Of a stretch of DNA of 60,295 nt, positions 35,727 through 44,002 are shown one piece after another. The stretch's first letter is position 1, and every line of letters starts with the position of its first letter. Made by a program: the position numbers and the translations under genes. Under the pieces are notes generated by a model. It was not told where the DNA came from and searched no databases. It worked only from the letters and a program-made list of their open reading frames with translations. Origin of the DNA: a virus (lineage: Duplodnaviria; Caudoviricetes); IMG/VR virus record IMGVR_UViG_3300010048_000004, positions 1 to 60,295 of that record. The stretch is one strand, 5' to 3'.

Positions 35727-36040
35727 CCTTGCAGGAAGTTGCTTATGACGCTAAGGCTTAACGACGCGGCAAGGCGTGAGTGCCGCGTTACAAATAACCG
35801 CGTCAGCCGGGGCAGGCTGGTTTCTTTCGTCCTTTCGAGTGTTGACGGTCGGGCCCCGGCATTTCCTCTTTTCCGTACATCCGTGGTACATCTTCTGTTT
35901 CCCGGCTTCGCCCCTCATCAGCGTGAAGGCTCAGCCGGGGGAGGGGCTGGCGGACGCGGTGTTGAGTGACGCATCCGCCAGTCGTTTCATGGGAGAAGGA
36001 TTTTCCGGATTAAATAACGGATTTTTAAATCTGGAAATTT
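35727..36040 (+). ncRNA. Candidate multi-hairpin non-coding RNA
   Basis: At least six stem-loops; G-U pairs favour the + strand; one loop carries GTCCTTTCGAGT. Confidence 0.45.
35875..35889. promoter_or_regulatory. GTAC-N7-GTAC operator box
   Basis: GTAC-ATCCGTG-GTAC. Confidence 0.55.
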
Positions 36041-36052
36041 GAGGGTCGCGAC

Positions 36053-36424
36053 ATGTCGGCACTGACTGATCTTTTGCAACGAGACCATGTAACGTTTGCC
36101 GAAGTTTCCAGATTGCCGGGTGCTAAAGGCGACACTGCCATGATGCTGAAAGGTGATAAATTTTCCAACATCGTGCTGTGGCCTAATCTTAGTCATGAGA
36201 TTGTAACTGAAATTAAGGCGCTGCTCGCGGATGGCACTGTTGAACTGAAGCCGACTATTGTTTTGACGTATTTAATCGACGGAGTTACCTGCAAACTTCC
36301 GTTGGTTAAAGCAGTGCGGCATTACGAATCGCCGCATTGGTTTCCAGTTGTGCTCAAGCTGAAAAATAAATCAGTGCTTTCCAGCACCCACCAGAAAGTT
36401 GCTGTCAAAACGTGTACGGCATGA
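36053..36424 (+). CDS. Hypothetical protein
   Basis: GAGG RBS; YLIDG...LP...PHWFPV. Confidence 0.65.
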   Translation: MSALTDLLQRDHVTFAEVSRLPGAKGDTAMMLKGDKFSNIVLWPNLSHEIVTEIKALLADGTVELKPTIVLTYLIDGVTCKLPLVKAVRHYESPHWFPVVLKLKNKSVLSSTHQKVAVKTCTA

Positions 36425-36437
36425 ATAAGGCGGTGAC

Positions 36438-36782
36438 ATGCGGCGTGTGCTGGTGTGCGGTGGGCGTTCTTTCAAGGATCGGGAGTTTCTTTTCCTGGTG
36501 CTCGACCAGCATCTCGCGCGCGATGATGTGATTATTTCTGGCGCGGCGCGTGGTGCCGACCGGCTGGCGATTGAATATGCCGTGATGCGCCGTCTTGCTT
36601 GTGAGCGGTTCCCCGCCGACTGGGCGCTTTACGGCAAGGGTGCCGGACCAATCCGCAACCAGCAAATGCTGGACAAGGGCAAGCCCGATCTGGTGATTGC
36701 ATTTCCTGGCGGCACTGGCACCGCCGATATGGTTGCGCGCGCCAAGCTGGCGAAGATCGAAGTCAGGGAGATCGCGCGCTAA
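36438..36782 (+). CDS. YspA/SLOG-like (DUF2493) protein
   Basis: VLVCGGR, SGAARGAD, AGPIRNQQML, AFPGGTGT. Confidence 0.85.
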   Translation: MRRVLVCGGRSFKDREFLFLVLDQHLARDDVIISGAARGADRLAIEYAVMRRLACERFPADWALYGKGAGPIRNQQMLDKGKPDLVIAFPGGTGTADMVARAKLAKIEVREIAR

Positions 36783-36875
36783 GGCGTGGGCCGAGCCGCG
36801 TCAGGACATCACGTTATTGTCTTAAAAGCGTGGCGCGCTGGGGGCAGACTTTTTAAACCCTAGGAGGAGAATAAC

Positions 36876-37421
36876 ATGCAACCATTTCTTGCCATGATTA
36901 CACCCGTGACGGGTGACGGTCAGCCGCCCGGCATATGGGGTCCACCCGGACCTTGGCCCAGCCCGCCCATCCACATGCCGCCAGTCATGCCCGGTTATCC
37001 GGCTCACCCGATTTACAATCCACCGGGCATTTGGGGTCCGCCTGGGCCGTGGCCTACGCCACCGATCTTTATGCCGCCAGCAGGTAGCGGTCCCGGTTAT
37101 CCATCGCATCCGATTTTTTATCCGCCAGGAATTTGGGGACCGCCTGGACCATGGCCGACACCGCCGATTCACATACCGCCATCTGGAGGAGGTCAGCCGC
37201 CAGCACCCGGCGTTCCGACCTTTCCGATTTGGGGGCCACCCGGTGTCGAGCTTCCACCCGGCACGGGCTATCCGCCAGTGGCTGGCAATCCGCTTCCACC
37301 CGGCGAGGGGCCACAGCCGATAAAGAATTGGCAAGCCCAGCCGGTGTGGACCGATGCCACGGGTTGGGTGGTGGTGATCGTGCCGACCGGCGATCAGCAC
37401 GTTCCGACACCGAGTAAGTAA
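36876..37421 (+). CDS. Pro/Gly/Trp-rich repeat protein
   Basis: AGGAGGAG RBS; PPGIWGPPGPWP(S/T)PPI three times. Confidence 0.8.
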   Translation: MQPFLAMITPVTGDGQPPGIWGPPGPWPSPPIHMPPVMPGYPAHPIYNPPGIWGPPGPWPTPPIFMPPAGSGPGYPSHPIFYPPGIWGPPGPWPTPPIHIPPSGGGQPPAPGVPTFPIWGPPGVELPPGTGYPPVAGNPLPPGEGPQPIKNWQAQPVWTDATGWVVVIVPTGDQHVPTPSK

Positions 37422-37426
37422 AAGAA

Positions 37427-37457
37427 AAACCCCCACCGGGTGACCGGTGGGGGGTTT
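37427..37457. terminator. Bidirectional terminator
   Basis: CCCCCACCGG / CCGGTGGGGG stem flanked by A- and T-runs. Confidence 0.8.
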
Positions 37458-37459
37458 GG

Positions 37460-37768
37460 TTATTTTAGAAACTTGCGCATTCCAGCATTGAGCGCCTTAA
37501 GCGCTGTGCTGGCGCGCTTGCGATCCTCCTCTGGAATTGGCGGCGGTGGATTTTTGGCCGCCTGGACTTTGCGTTCCTCAGTATGCTTCCGGCATTCCAG
37601 CAGATGGCGGAGCGATGCGCGCCGGTAGATTTTCCCATTGCCGTAGATGACTGGATAGTGGTGATGAGGATTTTCCTTGTCCATGCACCACAACAATACT
37701 GGCTCTGAGAAGTTGTTGCGTTCTAGCGCAGCCTTAAATTGCGCGTCAGTCATGTCGCGTTTGGTCAT
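37460..37768 (-). CDS. Hypothetical protein
   Basis: AAGGGGA RBS. Confidence 0.55.
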   Translation of the reverse strand: MTKRDMTDAQFKAALERNNFSEPVLLWCMDKENPHHHYPVIYGNGKIYRRASLRHLLECRKHTEERKVQAAKNPPPPIPEEDRKRASTALKALNAGMRKFLK

Positions 37769-38126
37769 TATGGTCCCCTTGTGGCCGCAGGTTTCATGGG
37801 CCACCTTCCTTTCAGTGTTAACGATGTGAAATAACAGTCCGCGCGCAAGGCATCATGCCCACGCGCACGAACAGTGTAGCACAACTCAAGGGTGGCATTT
37901 TCAGAGGCGATGTTTTTTGCGCCGCGCGGCGTGCATCTAATGCCCATTTTCATTGGGTTTGCGAGAACCAGGTCCAGCTCATAAATTTCGCATCTATTGC
38001 ATGAGATGCACACCAAAAGCGTGTATTCGGAAAAGTCGAGTCAATGGCATCAAGCTTAAATGTGCGACACCCTGTCGCGATTTGCATTTCCGTGTACGGA
38101 TCAAATCACAGGCTATGGAGGACGAA

Positions 38127-38306
38127 ATGCCAGCACTGAGACTTAAAAATGATCAACGGCGTACTGAGATGATTGGGGCGCTGTTTACGCCTGAAGAGAT
38201 GGAGCGCATCGAGCGGGTGGCGCGAAGCAGAGGCATCCATAAAGGTGTGTTGTGTCGCATCGCGGTTCTGCAAGAGGTATCCCTGGAAGAGGTGGCAATG
38301 TCATGA
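38127..38306 (+). CDS. RHH/MobC-like small DNA-binding protein
   Basis: GGAGG RBS; RTEMIGALFTPEE..RIERVA..RG. Confidence 0.6.
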   Translation: MPALRLKNDQRRTEMIGALFTPEEMERIERVARSRGIHKGVLCRIAVLQEVSLEEVAMS

Positions 38307-38668
38307 GTGGTAGTGAAACCGAAAAGCTTGCTCGCGAACTTGCTTTGGCTGATGGCTTCAATCCCGATGACATGGTGCTTCCTGCTGCTGCACCGATTCT
38401 CGGCGTGAGGCATCTGCAAATCATCGATCCCAAGAAACTGGTGCCGACATGGCGCTACTACGATTTTTATGTGCGGCGGCTTCTTGCTTCACTGGTGGCC
38501 AATCTGAAAGAGCGGCCCGATGAAGATCATTTCGCCATTCTTGAAGCGATGCTGCAGGAAAGCGATCCGCAGCAGCCCAATGGCGACGATGACGATGACG
38601 ATGACAATCCTGACGATGAGGATGAAGAGGCGGAACAACGCGACTGGCGCGACAATTACGGTCTTTAG
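38303..38668 (+). CDS. Hypothetical protein with acidic tail
   Basis: ATGA coupling; poly-Asp/Glu C-terminus. Confidence 0.6.
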   Translation: MSGSETEKLARELALADGFNPDDMVLPAAAPILGVRHLQIIDPKKLVPTWRYYDFYVRRLLASLVANLKERPDEDHFAILEAMLQESDPQQPNGDDDDDDDNPDDEDEEAEQRDWRDNYGL

Positions 38669-38826
38669 GTGACATATGACTAATGATGAAATTGTTGTTG
38701 CGCTAAAGAAAATTGAAGCGGTTTTGTTGCGCGACAGTGCGGCAAGAAACCAGCATGGCGAAATTGCTGCTCATCATTTTGTTGGGAAAGCAATTCTTAT
38801 GTGCCGTGATTTGGCGGAGGCTATAA

Positions 38827-39240
38827 ATGGCCCATAATCCGACCTATTCCATCGCGCTTAATCAGGCCCGCCTTGCCGCCATCGTCACGGCGCTGGGCAA
38901 CGGCGCGTTGCTGAGAATCTATGACGGTGCGCAACCGGCCAATCCCGATACCGCGATCACATCGCAAAATCTGCTGTCGCAGCACACGTGCGGTTCGCCG
39001 TTTGCGCCTGCGTCGAGCAGCGCCCATCCGTCCGTGTTGACGGCCAACGCCATTACTTCGGCCATATGCGGTTTTACCAGCACGGCGGCGTGGTTCCGTC
39101 TTACCACCAGCGGCGGGACGGCGGTTGCCGATGGTACGGCGGGCGTGGGCAGCACGTTCGATCTCAACTTGAGCAGTACGGCGTTCAACAATGGTCAGAC
39201 CGTGACCATCAACTCGCTGACAATTACGAGTAACACCTGA
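38827..39240 (+). CDS. Virion structural (fibre-associated) protein
   Basis: LRIYDGAQPA..TAAWFRL..ADG...DLNL motif; GGAGG RBS. Confidence 0.7.
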   Translation: MAHNPTYSIALNQARLAAIVTALGNGALLRIYDGAQPANPDTAITSQNLLSQHTCGSPFAPASSSAHPSVLTANAITSAICGFTSTAAWFRLTTSGGTAVADGTAGVGSTFDLNLSSTAFNNGQTVTINSLTITSNT

Positions 39241-40115
39241 TGACCTTGCCCTATGCGGATTTGGTCAAAGATACCTCAACTGCACAAAGCTCCACGCTCA
39301 TCACACTGGCCAATGCGCCATCATCTGGGTTTCAGAGCTTCAATTCCGGCATTGGCGACACCAACAATGCGGTCTATCGCGTCAGTGATACGGCGGGGCA
39401 TTGGGAGATCAATTACGGGGTCTATACCAATTCCGCGCTGACCTTGGCGCGGGCCGCCACGCCGATTGCTTCATCCAATGGTGCCAGTCCGCCGACGCAA
39501 ATTGCGGCATTCAGCGGCACGGTCACGGTGGCGTGCGTGGTGCCCGCTGATCAATTCTTGAATGCGTTTGATTTGATTGGCGCGAATAGTGGTTTGTATA
39601 AGAATTATCTCGCGGCAGGTGCGCTGACCGGCACGGCGCAAGCGGCTGGCACACTTTCCCTTGTGCCCATCTACATCAAGCAATGGTTTGAAAATTATTT
39701 TGTCGCGGTCCAGCAAACCACGGCGGCGACCGCTGGCGGCAGCGTCAGTTTCGGCCTGTTCGATTGTTTGCCAAATTCCGCCTATCCCAATCTGCTGTTG
39801 GGCGCGGGCTCAAGCGGCACCGCCAACACGGCGATTGGCCAAGTTCAAAGTCCAAGCATTGCCGTGCCGCAGCCGCAAGCGCCGGGAATTTATTGGGCGG
39901 CTTATCTGCCGCTGGTGGCGGCTGGCAATATCAACACCTGCACCCAGGCCACGGCAGAAGTGGGCTTTGCGGAATTGCTTGGCGTGGCGACGCCCAACAC
40001 GGGCATGACTGCCGCGTATTATCATGCCACTGGTCAATCCGGCATGCCCGGTCAAGTCCCGGCTTTGACCGCAGTTTCGGGGGTGCCGCCGTTCATCTGC
40101 GTTGGCGTCAGTTAA
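39240..40115 (+). CDS. Fibre-like virion protein
   Basis: ADLVKDTST..ITLA..GFQSF..WEI..G.YT N-terminus typical of phage fibre proteins. Confidence 0.65.
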   Translation: MTLPYADLVKDTSTAQSSTLITLANAPSSGFQSFNSGIGDTNNAVYRVSDTAGHWEINYGVYTNSALTLARAATPIASSNGASPPTQIAAFSGTVTVACVVPADQFLNAFDLIGANSGLYKNYLAAGALTGTAQAAGTLSLVPIYIKQWFENYFVAVQQTTAATAGGSVSFGLFDCLPNSAYPNLLLGAGSSGTANTAIGQVQSPSIAVPQPQAPGIYWAAYLPLVAAGNINTCTQATAEVGFAELLGVATPNTGMTAAYYHATGQSGMPGQVPALTAVSGVPPFICVGVS

Positions 40116-40121
40116 TCGGTC

Positions 40122-40898
40122 ATGCTTTCCTTTGGTGCGATTTCCGAGCTTGCGATCTCGGAAATTCCGGTTCCTGCACCGTCAGGCCCAACCGGCAGTA
40201 TCGCGATTGTTGAAACGCCAGACGATGTGTGGGCTGGCTCTGCCACGATCTCCTGGCCCGCCATCACAGGCACGGTGGCGTGGACGGAAGCTCAAGATGT
40301 TTGGGCTGCGACCGGCTCGCCTATTTTTCCTACGATTACTGCTCAAGGCGCTTGGGTTGAAGGGCCCGATTTATGGGCGGCGGCTGGCACCGTCGCGTGG
40401 CCAACGATTACGGCGGCAGGTGCGTGGGTTGAAGGCGCTGATGGGTTGGCCGCAGTTGCCACGCTGGGGCCGGTGCCAATCAGTGCTGCAGCCACCTGGA
40501 CAGAGGCATCGGATCAGTGGGCGGTCGTCGCAACACTTTCGTTCTCTGCCATTGCTGCCGCTGGTGCGTGGGTTGAATCTCAAGATGCCTGGGCCGTGCT
40601 TGGCACTGGCCCGATCATTGCTGCCATCGCCTGGAACGAAGCGCCAGACCGCTGGCTGGCGAATGGTGCCGGTGCGAGCACCATGCTGCCGGGTTACAAT
40701 GGCGTATGGTCGATCAGCATCAGCGGCTCCGTTGTTGCAGGTGCTGGTTATGATCCAGCGAGTCGCATTTTGCGCGTGTTTTACGAAACCAATGTGAGCG
40801 TTGATGTCCCAGGCCAGCCTTGGCAGGTGACCAACGCGATCTACACGTCAGCAAATCCGCAGGCGTATTGCCTGCAGTTGGTCGCTCAATCACTCTAG
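40122..40898 (+). CDS. Virion repeat protein with C-terminal KTSC-like domain
   Basis: FGAISELAIS N-terminus, ~24-aa WxE..D.W repeats, AGYDPASRILRVFY. Confidence 0.6.
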   Translation: MLSFGAISELAISEIPVPAPSGPTGSIAIVETPDDVWAGSATISWPAITGTVAWTEAQDVWAATGSPIFPTITAQGAWVEGPDLWAAAGTVAWPTITAAGAWVEGADGLAAVATLGPVPISAAATWTEASDQWAVVATLSFSAIAAAGAWVESQDAWAVLGTGPIIAAIAWNEAPDRWLANGAGASTMLPGYNGVWSISISGSVVAGAGYDPASRILRVFYETNVSVDVPGQPWQVTNAIYTSANPQAYCLQLVAQSL

Positions 40899-40936
40899 GA
40901 GATCGTCATGCCGCAAATGCTGGCAATCCAAGGCCA

Positions 40937-42844
40937 ATGACAAGATCAACCAAATGGATTGGTCTTTTCCACCAATTCATTAAGCCGCTGCGGATTTATT
41001 CGCGTGAGGTCAGCACGGGTGATGAGGATGGTTCGCCACTCAAGTTGTGGCTGTCGCAGCGCCGTTTTCTCGATGAGATGGCGCAAGGGCTGGAAGAGAA
41101 TATTCGTTTCTTCATTTGCCTGAAGTCCCGCCAGCTTGGCATTACCACGGTGTCACTGGTGATAGATTTGTTCTGGTGTGCCATGTATCCCGGCACTCAG
41201 GCGGCGTTGGTGACCGACACCGAATCCAACCGCGATGCCAATCGCGCCATTCTGCAGGGTTACATTCGCTCGTTTCCCAAGGCGTTTTTTGGAGATTCGT
41301 TCACGGTCACCACGTCCAATCGAAACTTCATTCAATTTTCCAACAAGTCAAAACTCACCTTTCTGGTGGCTGGCACCAAGAAGAAGGGTGTGTCATGGGC
41401 GGAAGGTAAGGGTTACAGCTTTGCGCATCTCACTGAAGTCTCTAAGTATGGTGATCCGGATGCTTTGGCGTCGTTTATGGAATCACTGGCGCAACAAAAC
41501 CCCAACCGACTCTTCATCGTAGAAAGTACCGCCAACGGATTTAATCATTTCCGTCAGATGTGGGTGGATGGCAAGCGTGATTCCTCCAGCAAACGCACAT
41601 TTTTCATCGGCTGGTGGGCTTCTGACGTAAATTACATCGATAAGAACGACCGGCGCTTTCTGCAGTACGGTGATCGCCGTATTTCCGGTGAAGAGCGTGA
41701 ACGGGTGCGCTTGGTGCGCGAGCAATACGGTTTTGTCGTTACACCTGAGCAACTCGCCTGGATCAGGTGGAAAGAAGAAACGGATTCGACCGGCAGCGGC
41801 ATTCTGCAGCAAAACCAGCCTTGGATTGAGCAGGATGCATTTCTGGAAACCGGCTATTCATTTTTCCAGCTTCGCACCATCAATAAACATTTGCAGATTA
41901 TGGATAGTTACACCGTCGAGGATGGTACGGAGTATAATTACAACGCCTATCGCTACGAGTTAGGCAACGACTTTTGGGCGATGAAAATGGAACGCCTGGA
42001 AGGTGAAAATAATCGAGATCGCATCGAGCTTCGCGTTTGGGAGGAACCACGGCCAGAGGGCAAATATGTAATTGGTTGCGACCCCGCTTGGGGCCGCAAT
42101 GAACACAAAGACAGGCACGCTATCAGTGTATGGCGAACTTATTCCGACAAGATGGTGCAGTGCGCAGAGTACGCCACTTCGCAGGTTGAGCCGAAGCATT
42201 GCGCTTGGGTGTTGGCGCATTTGGCGGGTGCTTACAAAGATGCGGTGGTGAACATCGAACTTGTCGGACCTGGGCGAATGTTGATGCAGGAGTGGGATCA
42301 CTTACGCGATCTGCTCAAGGCAGAGCAGTATGCCAAGCTCAGTCAGGAGCGTGAGTGGGATGAGGCACTCGATAACGCTCGCTGGTACATTTATCGCCGG
42401 GCCGATAGTAGTGCCGGAGGCGGCGGGGCTTACAATTTCGAGACCAACTGGAAAACCAAGGCTGAAATCATGTTTCAGCTTCGCGGCGCTTACGTCACCA
42501 ATGAACTGCGCATCCGTTCCAAGCCGCTTCTTTTGGAGATGATCAATGTGCGCCAGGACGGGGTTGAAATCGGCGCACCTGAATCCGCCAGCGAGTCCTG
42601 CAAGGACGACAGGGTGTTCGCCGCTGCTCTGGCCGTGCGTGCTTGGATCAACTGGCGCAGGCCGGGGCAGGTGGCGGAAAACGAAAGTTATGAGCGTATT
42701 TCCAAGGAAGAAGAGGGCACCGTTACCAAGGATCAGAAGCGAGTGAATGAAATTGTTTATCGTTTTTTCAAGCGCAAAGCAGAGGAAGAGGAAATGGAGC
42801 CAGAGCGCGGTCCAGCCTGGAAAGTGAGTAGAGGATTGATATGA
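40937..42844 (+). CDS. terL: Terminase large subunit
   Basis: LKSRQLGITT Walker A, AHLTE Walker B, ESTANG, IGCDPA and DDRVFA nuclease motifs. Confidence 0.95.
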   Translation: MTRSTKWIGLFHQFIKPLRIYSREVSTGDEDGSPLKLWLSQRRFLDEMAQGLEENIRFFICLKSRQLGITTVSLVIDLFWCAMYPGTQAALVTDTESNRDANRAILQGYIRSFPKAFFGDSFTVTTSNRNFIQFSNKSKLTFLVAGTKKKGVSWAEGKGYSFAHLTEVSKYGDPDALASFMESLAQQNPNRLFIVESTANGFNHFRQMWVDGKRDSSSKRTFFIGWWASDVNYIDKNDRRFLQYGDRRISGEERERVRLVREQYGFVVTPEQLAWIRWKEETDSTGSGILQQNQPWIEQDAFLETGYSFFQLRTINKHLQIMDSYTVEDGTEYNYNAYRYELGNDFWAMKMERLEGENNRDRIELRVWEEPRPEGKYVIGCDPAWGRNEHKDRHAISVWRTYSDKMVQCAEYATSQVEPKHCAWVLAHLAGAYKDAVVNIELVGPGRMLMQEWDHLRDLLKAEQYAKLSQEREWDEALDNARWYIYRRADSSAGGGGAYNFETNWKTKAEIMFQLRGAYVTNELRIRSKPLLLEMINVRQDGVEIGAPESASESCKDDRVFAAALAVRAWINWRRPGQVAENESYERISKEEEGTVTKDQKRVNEIVYRFFKRKAEEEEMEPERGPAWKVSRGLI

Positions 42845-43173
42845 GCGACCACGGCAAAACAAAAATAGCTTCGCAGATACCCAAAAAACCAGATCCGCAG
42901 GTACAACCTATACGGTCGCCGGCAGACCAATCTCCAGTTGTATCGATCGCAAAGAATGGTGAGTGGCATACGATGGATGATGCGCCAAAAGATGGGCAAT
43001 TTATCTATCTCAAAGGCGATGAGATTGGCAGCGAGTGGTACTGGTACATTACCCGTCAATTCAGAAAAGGTGTGTGGCAACCAGTGGGCTGGTGGCGGCG
43101 CAGATTCGGTCCTTCCGTTCCGCCCAGCTTCAAGCCGGAAGGCTGGCGCTCCATAAAAGAAGGCTTGCCATGA
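42841..43173 (+). CDS. DUF551-like protein
   Basis: W.TMDDAPKDG...PEGWR. Confidence 0.55.
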   Translation: MSDHGKTKIASQIPKKPDPQVQPIRSPADQSPVVSIAKNGEWHTMDDAPKDGQFIYLKGDEIGSEWYWYITRQFRKGVWQPVGWWRRRFGPSVPPSFKPEGWRSIKEGLP

Positions 43174-43724
43174 AGAAGTATCAATTGGTGTTGCGCTGTA
43201 AGGACTGGCGCTGCAAGAACAAGTATAAGCGCACGGTGGAAATTGGGGACGATGAAGATATTGCGGATTACCCCGATCCACCTTGCCCGAAATGTTTGAA
43301 GCGAGCCAAACGCGAGGATGCTGCGCAACAGGCGACCGCGCCTATTCCGATTGAGCCTTTTGAGGAATCGCTGGCTCAAGGCAAAACCGGCCCGGCCTTA
43401 AACGGGCAAAAGATTGTGGTTAAGGCTATCGATACGGCGGCCAAGATCGCAATGGAGGATTATCATCTTACTGATCTCAAGGACAATCTTCGACAGGGCG
43501 ATAGCATGGCTCCCAAATTGCCGCCGCAAATGCAGAAGATGGCGGACAATTTTTTTACCCCGGCCACCAATCCTGTTTTTAGCAACCGCCAGAAGAAGCG
43601 CCTGCAGATGATAGGGCAAAATGCCATCAAGGGCCGCTACGCCAACATGGCGGTTGACGTTAAATCGGTGTTACCTGACAGCCGTGTGGCGTTGCGCAAG
43701 GTTGAGATTTTGAATCGAAAATGA
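43170..43724 (+). CDS. Zinc-ribbon (FmdB-like) protein
   Basis: C..(W)RC...CPKC; ATGA coupling. Confidence 0.65.
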   Translation: MKKYQLVLRCKDWRCKNKYKRTVEIGDDEDIADYPDPPCPKCLKRAKREDAAQQATAPIPIEPFEESLAQGKTGPALNGQKIVVKAIDTAAKIAMEDYHLTDLKDNLRQGDSMAPKLPPQMQKMADNFFTPATNPVFSNRQKKRLQMIGQNAIKGRYANMAVDVKSVLPDSRVALRKVEILNRK

Positions 43725-43876
43725 TTATTCCACGCAAGAAAATCAAACCACGCGACGATTCAGAAGATTTTGACGATTTAGAATGCCATGGCGGTTTTTT
43801 TATTCACGAAGATGATGAATTTGATGATGAGTATGAAGATGCGGATGACCGCACTGATCCCGAAAGTGACGCTTGA
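43721..43876 (+). CDS. 51-aa highly acidic peptide (not in ORF track)
   Basis: ATGA coupling; MIIPRKKIKPRDDSEDFDDLECHGGFFIHEDDEFDDEYEDADDRTDPESDA. Confidence 0.5.
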   Translation: MIIPRKKIKPRDDSEDFDDLECHGGFFIHEDDEFDDEYEDADDRTDPESDA

Positions 43877-43966
43877 CTGTGCGGACACGCCATGTACGTT
43901 GATCCCCGCCCGTAAGGTTCCTGCCCGGAAAATACACGGGCCAAGCTGTGACCGCACCCGGCTTGA

Positions 43967-43998
43967 AAACCCCGGTGGCCTTGACACCACCGGGGTTT
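43967..43998. terminator. Bidirectional terminator at the portal 3' end
   Basis: AAACCCCGGTGG / CCACCGGGGTTT perfect 12-bp stem. Confidence 0.8.
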
Positions 43999-44002
43999 AA
44001 TT

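Noticed and set aside
35886-35930. Hammerhead-like core on the minus strand (CTGATGA...GAAA...GTA)
   Set aside because: Stem II lacks the closing pair (G opposite G) and stem I does not pair convincingly
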